A program made the translations under genes and the position numbers. A stretch of 64,000 nt of DNA from Patescibacteria group bacterium (GTDB lineage Bacteria > Patescibacteriota > Patescibacteriia > UBA1558 > UBA10009): positions 2,819 to 66,818 of the forward strand of contig JAHISB010000002.1 in the NCBI GenBank assembly GCA_018818425.1, in the 5' to 3' direction. The notes beneath the pieces are model-generated. The model did not search any database. It was not told where the DNA came from and worked only from the letters and a program-made list of their open reading frames with translations. This document shows, one piece after another, positions 55,175 through 64,000 of the stretch (position 1 is the first letter of the stretch; every line of letters begins with the position of its first letter).

Positions 55175-56241
55175 AATCACCAATTAAATTAATTATCAGT
55201 TTATTATTTATCACCTTGGTTTTAAGCGGCTGTCTTATTAATGTAAAAACCACGGGCGGCGGTTTCAGCGACGGGGGCGTGTTTGTTTCCGGTAATAGCG
55301 GCGATGACTGGCAGCAGATTTCTTTAATTTACCGGGTCAGCGATGTGGAGAAAACTTTCAGCAATGTTGATTTAACGGCCATGGTTATGGATCCTTTGGA
55401 TAATAAGGCAATTTACATAGCCACTCACGATCAGGGCTTATTTTACACTTACGATGCCGGCGCGGGCTGGCATCAAACTTTGCAGGATAAGGGCAGAATC
55501 AACGCCCTGGCCATCAGCCCCAGCGAATCCTGCATTATCTACGCCGCTATTTCCAACAGAGTTTATAAATCCGTTGATTGCAACAGGCACTGGGATTATA
55601 AGCTGATAGAATCCCGGGCCGATCCTGACAATCAAATTACCTCTTTAGCCATTGATAATTACAATACCAATGTTATTTACGCCGGCACTTCCGGCAAAGG
55701 TTTATTTAGAAGCGATGACGGCGGCTACTCCTGGCACGTGGTTAAATTTTTTAATGACCGGGTGGACAAAGTTTTAATCCTGCCCGCTAACAATCAGGTA
55801 ATCTATGTCGTCACAGCTTCCCAGGGCATATTTAAAACCGCCGATCAGGGAGAAAGCTGGCTGGAAGTTTTTGATGAAGCCATGAAGAAAGAGTATGGCA
55901 ATTTATTAACTTATCGGGATTTAATTTTAGATCCCACGGTAGAAGACGGCCTTTTTTACGCCTGTAATTATGGCTTGTTCAGGTCGGCTGACGGCGGAGC
56001 TGCCTGGAAGAATATCGATTTATTAACCCCGCCTAACACAGCTGTTATTTATTCTTTGGCTATCAATCCTCAAAATGGCCAGGAGATTTATTATGGCATC
56101 GACACTTTGTTATATCGTTCCGAAGACGGCGGAGCCAACTGGATTACCAGGACTTTGCCCACCTCCAGAGCGGCCAAGTATTTAATCGCCGATCCCCGGC
56201 AGTCTGCCAGGGTATATTTAGGAGTAAAGAAGATTAAGTGA
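55171..56241 (+). CDS. Lipoprotein with BNR/Asp-box beta-propeller (YCF48-like)
   Basis: Lipobox LSGC; repeated S.DGG.SW Asp-boxes. Confidence 0.82.
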   Translation: MKSPIKLIISLLFITLVLSGCLINVKTTGGGFSDGGVFVSGNSGDDWQQISLIYRVSDVEKTFSNVDLTAMVMDPLDNKAIYIATHDQGLFYTYDAGAGWHQTLQDKGRINALAISPSESCIIYAAISNRVYKSVDCNRHWDYKLIESRADPDNQITSLAIDNYNTNVIYAGTSGKGLFRSDDGGYSWHVVKFFNDRVDKVLILPANNQVIYVVTASQGIFKTADQGESWLEVFDEAMKKEYGNLLTYRDLILDPTVEDGLFYACNYGLFRSADGGAAWKNIDLLTPPNTAVIYSLAINPQNGQEIYYGIDTLLYRSEDGGANWITRTLPTSRAAKYLIADPRQSARVYLGVKKIK

Positions 56242-56253
56242 GTTGCTAGGCTG

Positions 56254-56382
56254 AATAAGTTTGATAAGTCATATAAGTTTAATGAGTTTAATAAGTTGAG
56301 TAAGTTCGATAAACTACGGAAGTAAACTTATTCAACTTATTCAACATATTCAACTTATTCAACGTATTCAACTTATTCAACA
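56254..56382. repeat. Inverted 9-nt array (AATAAGTTG / CAACTTATT); related array at 44045-44102
   Basis: ataagtt-type units followed by about six caacttatt-type units. Confidence 0.85.
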
Positions 56383-56403
56383 TTTTAAATTAACAACAAA
56401 CAT

Positions 56404-56958
56404 ATGGGTGAATTTATTAACAGCCACAAACCAGACCTGACCAAGGTTATCGAGCATTTTAAAAAAGAAACAGCGGCCTTAAGAGTAGGCCGGGCCGCTC
56501 CTTCTCTAATAGAAAATATCAAGGCCGAGTCTTACGGCGTGCTAACGCCCATTATCCATTTGGCCAGCATTACGGTTCAGGATCCTAAAAATATGGTAGT
56601 CCAGCCCTGGGATAAAAATAATTTAAAACCCATTGAAAAAGTTTTGCAGTCAGCCGAGCTGGGGGCCAGTATTTCGGTTGATGGCGGCGTCATCAGGATA
56701 GCTATTTCATCAATGACCGAGGAGGCCAGAAAAGAAGTGACTAAAAAATTACATCAAAAAACAGAAGAGGCGCGGGTCAGCATCAGGGGCAAAAGAGAAA
56801 AGATTAAAGAAGAGGTGATAAATCAGGAAAAAAATAAAGAGATTTCCGAGGACGATAAATTTAAATTTTTAGAAGAGCTTGATAATCTGGTTAAAGATTA
56901 TAACGAAGAAATCAAGGAACTGGCCGCTAAAAAAGAGCAAGAAATAATGACAATTTAA
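56404..56958 (+). CDS. frr: Ribosome recycling factor
   Basis: LRVGRA, VQPWDK, TEEAR, ISEDD, KEQEIMTI. Confidence 0.95.
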   Translation: MGEFINSHKPDLTKVIEHFKKETAALRVGRAAPSLIENIKAESYGVLTPIIHLASITVQDPKNMVVQPWDKNNLKPIEKVLQSAELGASISVDGGVIRIAISSMTEEARKEVTKKLHQKTEEARVSIRGKREKIKEEVINQEKNKEISEDDKFKFLEELDNLVKDYNEEIKELAAKKEQEIMTI

Positions 56959-57037
56959 CAAGACGTATGATGTATGACGTGAGTCGTCTGACATCTTTCG
57001 TTATTCGTCATACGTTTTTCAGATAAATACTATAATT

Positions 57038-58153
57038 ATGATTACCATATTAACCTTCATCATTGTTTTAGGCATTTTAATCCTAGCCCACGAGTTTGGG
57101 CATTTTATTACGGCTAAAAAATCAGGCGTTAAGGTAGAAGAGTTTGGCATTGGTTTTCCACCCAGATTGTGGGGCAGAAAAGGCAAAGACGGCGTTTTTT
57201 ACTCTATTAACTGGATACCTTTTGGCGGCTTCGTTAAGTTAAAAGGCGAAGGCGGCGAACATCAAGAAGATCAGGACAGCTTTGCCAATAGACCGGCCCG
57301 TACAAGGGCTTTAATTCTTTCGGCGGGCGTTTTAATGAACGTGGTTTTGGCTTTTGTCCTTTTTTCCGTTGGCTTTATGCTGGGTTTGCCCGCTACCATT
57401 GGCGAGGAGCAAATCAACGATCCGGCCGTTAAAAATGTCAAGGTGCAAATTGCTTCGGTGGTTATGGATTCGCCCGCTTATGCCTCGGGCTTAATAGTCG
57501 GCGACCAGCTTTTGGCTATCGATAATCAGGAAATGCGGCTGGTCAGCCAGTTTCAGAGTTATATCAGCGAGCATCAAGACAGCCAGTTAACTCTGCAAAT
57601 TGCCAGAAGCAAGGAAAATCAAGAAATCAAAGTTGTCCCGCAAATAATTGAGGGCTTTGCGGAGGAAAAGGTGATGGGAGTGACTCTGATTCAAACTGGC
57701 ATTGTCAGGCATAATTTTTTTGCCAGCTGGTATTATGGCTTGAAAACAACCGTCAGTATTTTAGCGATGATAGTGTTGGCTTTTTACAATCTGCTTAAAA
57801 ATCTTGTTCTTGGCTTGGGCGTTTCTATAGACCTTAGGGGCCCGGTGGGCGTGGCTATTATGACGGGCCAGGTGGTTTCTTTGGGCTGGATTTATGTTCT
57901 GCAGTTTACCGCTATTTTATCTTTGAATTTGGCAGTAATCAATTTTTTTCCTTTCCCGGCTTTAGACGGCGGCAGATTTTTATTCTTAATCATTGAAAAA
58001 ATCCGGCGCCGGCCCAATAATCAAAAAGTAGAGAATTTAATCCATAACATCGGCTTTACTATTTTAATAATTTTAGTGTTAGTGGTTACTTATCGCGATA
58101 TTGCGTATTACGGAGCCGGCTTTATAGAAAAAATTAAGGGAATGTTCGGGTAA
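57038..58153 (+). CDS. rseP: RIP metalloprotease RseP
   Basis: HEFGH, IPFGGFV, PDZ domain, GPVG, NFFPFPALDGG. Confidence 0.95.
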   Translation: MITILTFIIVLGILILAHEFGHFITAKKSGVKVEEFGIGFPPRLWGRKGKDGVFYSINWIPFGGFVKLKGEGGEHQEDQDSFANRPARTRALILSAGVLMNVVLAFVLFSVGFMLGLPATIGEEQINDPAVKNVKVQIASVVMDSPAYASGLIVGDQLLAIDNQEMRLVSQFQSYISEHQDSQLTLQIARSKENQEIKVVPQIIEGFAEEKVMGVTLIQTGIVRHNFFASWYYGLKTTVSILAMIVLAFYNLLKNLVLGLGVSIDLRGPVGVAIMTGQVVSLGWIYVLQFTAILSLNLAVINFFPFPALDGGRFLFLIIEKIRRRPNNQKVENLIHNIGFTILIILVLVVTYRDIAYYGAGFIEKIKGMFG

Positions 58154-58304
58154 AATAATCAAATTAAAAGAACCAAGAACCAAACAAGAACCAAAATTAA
58201 AAAATAAAAAACTTTTTTATTTCGGTCCTTTTGATTTGTTTGCCTGTCCCGAGGAAAGTCGAGGGGGTTCTTAAGCGCTTCGGCTCTTATTCATTTTAAA
58301 AATT

Positions 58305-58604
58305 ATGAAATTCAACATACAAAAAACCCAACTTCAAAAAAACCTCCGAGATGCCCTTCGTCGCGCAGGATACTTCAGTATCAGCGATAGAAAATCCGGA
58401 CAGTTAAGTTATGTCAAACGTCTCTCTAAAACCCAGCATTATCCCAGGTTTCATTTATATTTTACCGAAGATCAGGATTCATACACATTCAACCTTCATT
58501 TAGACCAGAAAAAACCCAGCTATGCCGGCCAACATGCCCACAGCGGCGAATATGATGAGCCATTGGTTAAAGAGGAGGCGGAAAGGATTCAATCAATAAT
58601 ATAA
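58305..58604 (+). CDS. Hypothetical protein
   Basis: YPRFHLY..NLHLDQKKPSY.GQHAHSGEY. Confidence 0.7.
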   Translation: MKFNIQKTQLQKNLRDALRRAGYFSISDRKSGQLSYVKRLSKTQHYPRFHLYFTEDQDSYTFNLHLDQKKPSYAGQHAHSGEYDEPLVKEEAERIQSII

Positions 58605-58630
58605 AAATCCATTGAGAGTTCATTACTCTT

Positions 58631-58669
58631 TGTCATTTCGAGCGGAATGAAATGGAGTCGAGAAATCCC
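58631..58669. repeat. Half GTCAT-type palindromic element upstream of the GIY-YIG gene
   Basis: TGTCATTTCGAGCGGAATGAAATGGAGTCGAGAAATCCC; near-identical solo half at 51530-51567. Confidence 0.8.
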
Positions 58670-58686
58670 TTAAGAAAGGCGATTAT

Positions 58687-58989
58687 ATGGTAAAAAGAGA
58701 ATATAACTTTTATGTTTATATCATGGCCAGCGCATCAGGCACATTATATGTGGGCATGACTAATGATTTAGAACGTCGGGTAGATGAGCATAAACGAGGA
58801 TTAATTGAATGCTTTACTAAAAAGTATTCATGTCATAAATTAGTCTATTATGAACATTTTACGGATGTTTATGAAGCTATTGAAAGAGAAAAACAGATAA
58901 AAAGATGGCGCAGAGAAAAAAAACAGAACCTTATCAGAACTATTAACCCTATCTGGAAAGATTTAGGTTTAGAATCAGAATGGGAATAA
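58687..58989 (+). CDS. Small GIY-YIG nuclease
   Basis: FYVYIM..TLYVGMTNDLERRV.EH..FTKKY..LVYYE..AIEREKQIK.W.R..K...NP.W.DL. Confidence 0.92.
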   Translation: MVKREYNFYVYIMASASGTLYVGMTNDLERRVDEHKRGLIECFTKKYSCHKLVYYEHFTDVYEAIEREKQIKRWRREKKQNLIRTINPIWKDLGLESEWE

Positions 58990-59014
58990 TCATTTTTCTT
59001 TTTATTTCATTATC

Positions 59015-59133
59015 CTTTGTCATTTCGACTGGAGCGGAGCGGAACGGAGAAATCCCTTGATTAGAAGAAGTAAGGGATCTCTCCGCTCACCTTCATTCAC
59101 TTCGCTCATTACGGTTCGGTCGAGATGACAAAG
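59015..59133. repeat. Full GTCAT-type palindromic element downstream of the GIY-YIG gene
   Basis: CTTTGTCATTTCGAC / GTCGAGATGACAAAG (14/15); inner GGAGAAATCCCTT / AAGGGATCTCTCC. Confidence 0.88.
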
Positions 59134-59302
59134 AGGGTCAAAATAACAGCGATTATCAAAACACAATGAAATTAATAAAAAACAGCCACTAAAAGATGGC
59201 TGTCTCACTCTATATCGCTATAGAGCGCTGAAATTTTTCAATTAAATTATAAGCAAATGGTTTTTAACTTGTAACTAATTTATCAACATATCCAATTCCA
59301 TT

Positions 59303-59578
59303 ATGAATAAGGATGTAAAATGTAGTCAATGTAGAAATTTAAAGGATGTTAATAATCCCAGATTTAATAATGTACAGGAAATATCTATACAACGTCAAAT
59401 AAAAAAATTTCGTTGTGAAGCTGATATACCAAATTATTTTTCATGTGTAGAAGTTAAAAAGATACGAAATTGTGATAAATTTAGACCAAGGACTTTATCA
59501 TTTTGGCAGGAATTATTAAATAAATTATTAATTCTTCCAAAATGGATAGCAAATTACTTTTTAAATAAAATAAAATAA
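59303..59578 (+). CDS. Hypothetical AT-rich Cys-containing protein
   Basis: 91-aa ORF with CxxC and three more Cys; very AT-rich. Confidence 0.45.
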   Translation: MNKDVKCSQCRNLKDVNNPRFNNVQEISIQRQIKKFRCEADIPNYFSCVEVKKIRNCDKFRPRTLSFWQELLNKLLILPKWIANYFLNKIK

Positions 59579-59582
59579 CAAT

Positions 59583-60824
59583 ATGCTCCAATCAAAACTA
59601 TTCGGCAAAACTTTAAGGGAAGCGCCCAGAGGCGAGGTTTCTAACAACGCCATTCTTTTATCCAGAGCCGGTTATATTGACAAGCTGATGGCAGGGGCTT
59701 ACAGCTATCTGCCGCTGGGCTATAAAGTTTTGGCTAAAATTCAGCAAATCGTCAGGGAGGAAATGGAAGCTATCGGCGGACAGGAAATTTACATGCCGGC
59801 TTTGCAGCCCAAAGAACTGTGGCAAGAAACCGGTCGCTGGGAAGTTTTAAAAGAAATAATGTTTCAGTTTAAGGGCCGGGGAGATAAAGAATTCGGTTTA
59901 GCGACAACTCACGAAGAAGTAATTGTTGATATAGTCAGAAAGCGCCTGACTTCTTACCGCGATCTGCCTTTGCATTTATTTCAGATTCAGGATAAATTCC
60001 GCAACGAGCCCAGGGCCAAATCAGGACTTTTGCGGGGCAGGGAGTTCAGTATGAAGGATTTATACAGTTTTCATGCCAGCCAAAAAGATTTAGAAGACTA
60101 TTATCAAAAAGCCATTCCAGCTTATCAAAAAATATTTAAGCGCTGCGGTTTGCAATCAATTGTTACCGAAGCATCGGGCGGGGTTTTTACCAAAGAATTT
60201 TCTCATGAATTTCAGGCGCCTACGCCTTACGGCGAAGATGAAATTATAACTTGCGAACTATGCGATTTTTCTCAAAACACCGAAATTTGTAAATTAAAAG
60301 AAGGAGATAAATGTCCAAAGTGCGGGGGAAAAGTCAAATTGACCAAATCCATCGAAGTAGGCAATATTTTTAAATTGGGCTGTAAGTATTCCGCAGATAT
60401 GGGCTTGACCTACGCAGATGAAAGTGGTAAGAAACAAGAGGTTATTATGGGCTGTTACGGCATTGGCCCCTCCAGGGTTATGGGTTCAGTTGTTGAGGTT
60501 CACCATGATGACAAAGGCATTGTTTGGCCAAAAAATTTAACTCCGTATCATGTTCATTTATTACAAATTTCAGATAAAAGGAAAAAAGATGCCGAAAAAA
60601 TTTATCAAGATTTAATTAAACAAAACATCGCTGTTTTGTATGATGATCGCGAGGAATCGGCAGGAGTCAAGTTAAATGACGCTGATTTAATCGGCATTAA
60701 TCTTCAACTCATTGTAGGCGATAAAACTAAAGATAAAATTGAGTATCGGACCAGAAGCGGCAAAGATCGGGGTATAATCAAAATGGACGAGGTTGTTAAA
60801 GCGGTGGAGAAAATATATCACTAA
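59583..60824 (+). CDS. proS: Proline--tRNA ligase (short, no editing domain)
   Basis: W.ETGRW, THEE, KFRNEPRAKSGLLRGREF.MKD.YSF, EVGNIFKLG, MGCYGIG. Confidence 0.96.
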   Translation: MLQSKLFGKTLREAPRGEVSNNAILLSRAGYIDKLMAGAYSYLPLGYKVLAKIQQIVREEMEAIGGQEIYMPALQPKELWQETGRWEVLKEIMFQFKGRGDKEFGLATTHEEVIVDIVRKRLTSYRDLPLHLFQIQDKFRNEPRAKSGLLRGREFSMKDLYSFHASQKDLEDYYQKAIPAYQKIFKRCGLQSIVTEASGGVFTKEFSHEFQAPTPYGEDEIITCELCDFSQNTEICKLKEGDKCPKCGGKVKLTKSIEVGNIFKLGCKYSADMGLTYADESGKKQEVIMGCYGIGPSRVMGSVVEVHHDDKGIVWPKNLTPYHVHLLQISDKRKKDAEKIYQDLIKQNIAVLYDDREESAGVKLNDADLIGINLQLIVGDKTKDKIEYRTRSGKDRGIIKMDEVVKAVEKIYH

Positions 60825-60966
60825 GAAATCCTAAGCGCCAAATCCCATCCCCGAATAAATCGGGGACTAAATAAATCCAAAATCCAAAATTATAATATAA
60901 TTTAATGTTTTGAATTTTGATATTAGAATTTTGATATTATTTAGGATTTGGAATTTAATAGTATTT

Positions 60967-62007
60967 ATGTTCAACAAACTTCTCGGCAGATTTTCCAAAG
61001 ATATGGGTATTGATCTGGGCACAGCCAATACCCTTGTTTATATTCGGGATAAAGGCATTGTCATCAACGAACCGTCGGTCGTGGCCATTAATAAAAGAAA
61101 CGATCAGATAATCGCCGTGGGCGAGGATGCCAAAAAGATGGTGGGTAAAACTCCCTCCCATATTCAAATCGTTAAACCTTTAGTGGGAGGGGTTATTTCT
61201 GATTTTGAAGTGACCGAAAGAATGATCAAATATTTTATTAATAAGATTCATCAGGAAAGTTTTAGTTTGGTGCCCCGCCCCCGCGTAGTTATCAGCATTC
61301 CTTTAGATGTAACCGAGGTAGAAAGGAAGGCCGTAGAAGATGCCACCAAATCGGCCGGCGCCAGAGAAGTTTATTTAATCGAACAGCCCTTAGCGGCCGC
61401 CATTGGTTCGCGTCTGCCTATTCAGGAGTCGGCCGGCTTTATGGTGGTGGAGATCGGCGGCGGCACCACCGAGATTGCTGTTATTTCTTTGGGCGGGATT
61501 GTTACCTTTAATTCTTTGCCTACCGCCGGCAACGAATTAGATGAAAATATAGTTCAATACGCCAGGGAAAATTTTAATTTGCTTTTAGGCGAACGGACAG
61601 CCGAAACCATTAAGATAAAAATCGGCACCGTAGCCAGCGATTTCGAAAAACAAGAAACCACTATGCGTGGCCGGGATTTAATTTCCGGTTTGCCTAAAGA
61701 AGTAATTATTACCAATCAGCATATTAAAGAGGCCATTTATCGCTCGGTCAGAAAAATTGTGGAAGCCATTAGAGACGCTATAGAAAAAACGCCGCCGGAG
61801 CTGGTAGCCGATATCTACCAGCGCGGCCTGGTGCTTTCCGGGGGCGGGGCTTTGTTAAAGGGACTGGACAGGATGATTTTTCAGGAAATTAAAATTCCGG
61901 TTCATATCGCCGACGATCCTTTAACGTCGGTGGTTAGGGGCACGGGCATAATTTTAGAAGATTTAGATAATTTAAAGGAGGTTTTACTGCCTTCTACTTC
62001 GGATTAG
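60967..62007 (+). CDS. mreB: Rod shape-determining protein MreB
   Basis: GIDLGTANT, EPSVVA, GGGTTE, LSGGGALL; start ATG 60967. Confidence 0.97.
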   Translation: MFNKLLGRFSKDMGIDLGTANTLVYIRDKGIVINEPSVVAINKRNDQIIAVGEDAKKMVGKTPSHIQIVKPLVGGVISDFEVTERMIKYFINKIHQESFSLVPRPRVVISIPLDVTEVERKAVEDATKSAGAREVYLIEQPLAAAIGSRLPIQESAGFMVVEIGGGTTEIAVISLGGIVTFNSLPTAGNELDENIVQYARENFNLLLGERTAETIKIKIGTVASDFEKQETTMRGRDLISGLPKEVIITNQHIKEAIYRSVRKIVEAIRDAIEKTPPELVADIYQRGLVLSGGGALLKGLDRMIFQEIKIPVHIADDPLTSVVRGTGIILEDLDNLKEVLLPSTSD

Positions 62008-62010
62008 CCA

Positions 62011-62811
62011 ATGAGTAAAAGAAGAAAAAATACCATAATTATTGTTTTGTTAGCTTTAGTTATTTTTATAGGTTACTATGCCGGCTTGGTTAATTTATTA
62101 GAACAAGGTTTGTTAAAATTATTTTCACCGGTTCAGCAGCAGCTGTATAACTGGAGCCTGGTTCTTAAAAAAATCAATAATCTGGGAGAAATTTTAGAAG
62201 AAAACACCTATCTTAAAAGCGAACTGTCTAAACTGGTTGTTGATTACGTTAAATTGTCCAATATTGAATCGGAAAATGAATATTTAAAAAAAGAGCTAGA
62301 TTACTTAAAAGAAAATAAGTATAATTATCAAATAGCCGGTGTTATCGGCGGCCAGCCTTACCAAGGGCAGATTTTGTTTATTAATAAAGGCAGTCAAGAT
62401 GGTTTACTGGAGAATTTAGCGGTTACGGCCGGCCAGGGGATTATTATTGGCAAGGTGGTTTCAGTTTTGCCCCGCCGCTCCCAGGTTCAGCTGTTAACCG
62501 ACCCCGATAGCCGTTTGGCCGCTTCTTTTAGCCAACAAACCGGCACTCAAGGACTGGTCAGAGGCAAGGCAGGCAGCAGTTTAATTATGGAATTTGTTCC
62601 TCAAAATTTAGAGATAAAAGAAGGGGATTTAGTGATTACCTCCGGCCTTGAGGAAAATATTCCCCGCGGACTGCTGGTGGGCAGAGTGACAGAGGTAAAT
62701 AATTTAGCGGGTCAGATTTTTCAGCAGGTCAATATTTTAACGCCATTTAATTATCAGAATTTTTCAACTCTTACTATAATCATGCCGGCTTCCGATGATA
62801 TTAATGAGTGA
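62011..62811 (+). CDS. mreC: Rod shape-determining protein MreC
   Basis: TM, coiled coil, INKGSQDG, GD.VITSGL..IPRGLLVG. Confidence 0.92.
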   Translation: MSKRRKNTIIIVLLALVIFIGYYAGLVNLLEQGLLKLFSPVQQQLYNWSLVLKKINNLGEILEENTYLKSELSKLVVDYVKLSNIESENEYLKKELDYLKENKYNYQIAGVIGGQPYQGQILFINKGSQDGLLENLAVTAGQGIIIGKVVSVLPRRSQVQLLTDPDSRLAASFSQQTGTQGLVRGKAGSSLIMEFVPQNLEIKEGDLVITSGLEENIPRGLLVGRVTEVNNLAGQIFQQVNILTPFNYQNFSTLTIIMPASDDINE

Positions 62812-62824
62812 TTATTATTCAAGC

Positions 62825-63178
62825 TATACCCCTTCGCTTTTATACCCAATTACTTTAATAAAATAGAAAATACTCCGACCTGTCCCGCGAAGTTTTAACG
62901 TAGCGGGAAGCGATGCGTTAATATTGATACTAATATTAGATAAAATAATTCAATAATTCAAATTATTCAATTAGCAAAATCGGAATTATTAAAGCGAAGG
63001 AGTATATAACTCCGAAGCGGCGGAGCTTAGTATGAGAACATGGGAGCATGAGAACATGGGAGCACTAGAACATGGGAGCATTAGAACATTGGAGCACTTG
63101 CTCTTATGCTCCCATGTTCCAATGTTCTCATGCTAAACTTCGGGGCATTATACGGAATTATTTAAGCAATTGAGTATA
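62825..63178. mobile_element. Nested MITE cluster: outer TATAC-ended element containing MITE copy 2 (62841-63006) and an 8-mer hairpin array
   Basis: Outer ends TATACCCCTTCGCTTT(TA)TAACTCCG / CGGAATTATTTAAGCAATTGAGTATA; the inner copy matches 39709-39836. Confidence 0.8.
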
Positions 63179-63191
63179 AATTAAAATGAAT

Positions 63192-63259
63192 CCCGCACCA
63201 CAGGAAACCACTGGCGTAAGTCCATAATCAAGTTGTGCTGGGTAAGCCTGTGGTGCGGG
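63192..63259. mobile_element. 68-bp palindromic element flanked by ATGAAT direct repeats at the mreD start
   Basis: CCCGCACCACAGG / CCTGTGGTGCGGG perfect TIR; ATGAAT at 63186-63191 and 63260-63265. Confidence 0.7.
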
Positions 63260-63742
63260 ATGAATTTTAAAAAAGCGGTCTTCATTATTATTTTAACTGC
63301 GGTTATTTTTTTTATTCAACAGAGTTTTTTAGTCAAGCTGCTACCCGTTAATTTGTTGCTTTTATTGATAATTTGGCTAAGTTTTAGCCGAAGGCCGGAG
63401 AGCTGGCTGGCGGCTTTAACAGCCGGTTTGCTTTTAGATTTTTATTCGGGTATTTTAGGCCCGGCTTTGATAAGTTATAGTTTAGTTAATTTTTTAATTA
63501 TTTATTTGGCTAAGCACATTTCTTTAGAAAGCTTCAGCCACTTTTTGTTGGTTTCTTTTGCCGGCTTGTCGGCTTTTTTTATCAGTTATTATTTGTTTTT
63601 ATATATTTTTGCGGAATGGCTGACTAATAAAGAGATCAGCTGGATTTGGAAAATGTCATGGTGGAGCTTTATTAAAATTATTATCAGCCATCAGTTATTA
63701 CTGCTTATGGGTTATTTAGTTAAACCGAAAGTTAACCGATAA
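63260..63742 (+). CDS. mreD: Rod shape-determining protein MreD (probable)
   Basis: Hydrophobic ~160 aa with AGLLLDFYS; lies between mreC and pbp2. Confidence 0.75.
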   Translation: MNFKKAVFIIILTAVIFFIQQSFLVKLLPVNLLLLLIIWLSFSRRPESWLAALTAGLLLDFYSGILGPALISYSLVNFLIIYLAKHISLESFSHFLLVSFAGLSAFFISYYLFLYIFAEWLTNKEISWIWKMSWWSFIKIIISHQLLLLMGYLVKPKVNR

Positions 63743-63745
63743 TTT

Positions 63746-64000
63746 ATGGTTAATGACACAAATCCTTTTGTTATTCCCAGCGGGCTGAAAGAATCTAAAA
63801 AAGGGAAATTAAATCGCGTCGGTTCTGTGGAAATAAGCGACAGTTTTTTGGCGGGCGGGAGCCCTTCGCTATGGCTGGGCGGCATTATTTCCGGCGCCAA
63901 GTCATCATTTTTTTTCTTAGCGGTTATTTTATTATTTTTGCTGTTAGGTTCACGGCTTTTTTATCTGCAGATTATTAAAGGCGACTATTATCGGCAATTG
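63746..64000 (+). CDS. mrdA: Penicillin-binding protein 2 (3'-truncated by window edge)
   Basis: Not in the ORF track. Translates MVNDTNPF...LLGSRLFYLQIIKGDYYRQL (PBP2 RLxxLQ motif after the TM); follows mreBCD. Confidence 0.8.
   Translation, partial: MVNDTNPFVIPSGLKESKKGKLNRVGSVEISDSFLAGGSPSLWLGGIISGAKSSFFFLAVILLFLLLGSRLFYLQIIKGDYYRQL

Noticed and set aside
1-64000. Alternative genetic code (TGA = Gly/Trp)
   Set aside because: Conserved genes are full-length under code 11, and several end at TGA where expected.

Overview
A 64-kb chromosomal segment of a low-GC bacterium using the standard genetic code (TGA is used as a stop). It is most likely a Patescibacteria/CPR (Parcubacteria-like) genome, inferred from the gene content and the scarcity of Shine-Dalgarno sites. 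Housekeeping content: hrcA-grpE-dnaK-dnaJ with a CIRCE operator, dnaX, holB, recJ, RNase HI, frr, rseP, proS, mreB-mreC-mreD-mrdA, dus, corA, a MacAB-type exporter, pfkB-pduL-ackA, apt-mtnP and tRNA-Gln(CTG). Accessory content: an MvaI/BcnI-type restriction endonuclease next to a LexA-m4C-methyltransferase fusion and a divergent HEPN-like ORF; a second HNH-type R-M pair; arsM inside the dnaK operon; and two ORFan operons with their own expression signals. The most striking feature is non-coding. About 25 intergenic spacers hold short tandem arrays, many arranged as inverted hairpin-forming pairs, each built from a different 7-12-nt unit, and one pair brackets a four-helix-bundle gene. GTCAT-ended palindromes occur too, with a half and a full copy bracketing a GIY-YIG gene. 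There are also TA-targeting MITEs and 18-30-bp hairpin modules that nest inside each other and, in frame, inside dnaK. Three diverged ghost copies of gene ends (glycoside hydrolase 3' end, dnaJ 5' end, tRNA-Gln 5' end) abut these palindromes. All calls come from reading the sequence and recalling motifs; no searches were run.
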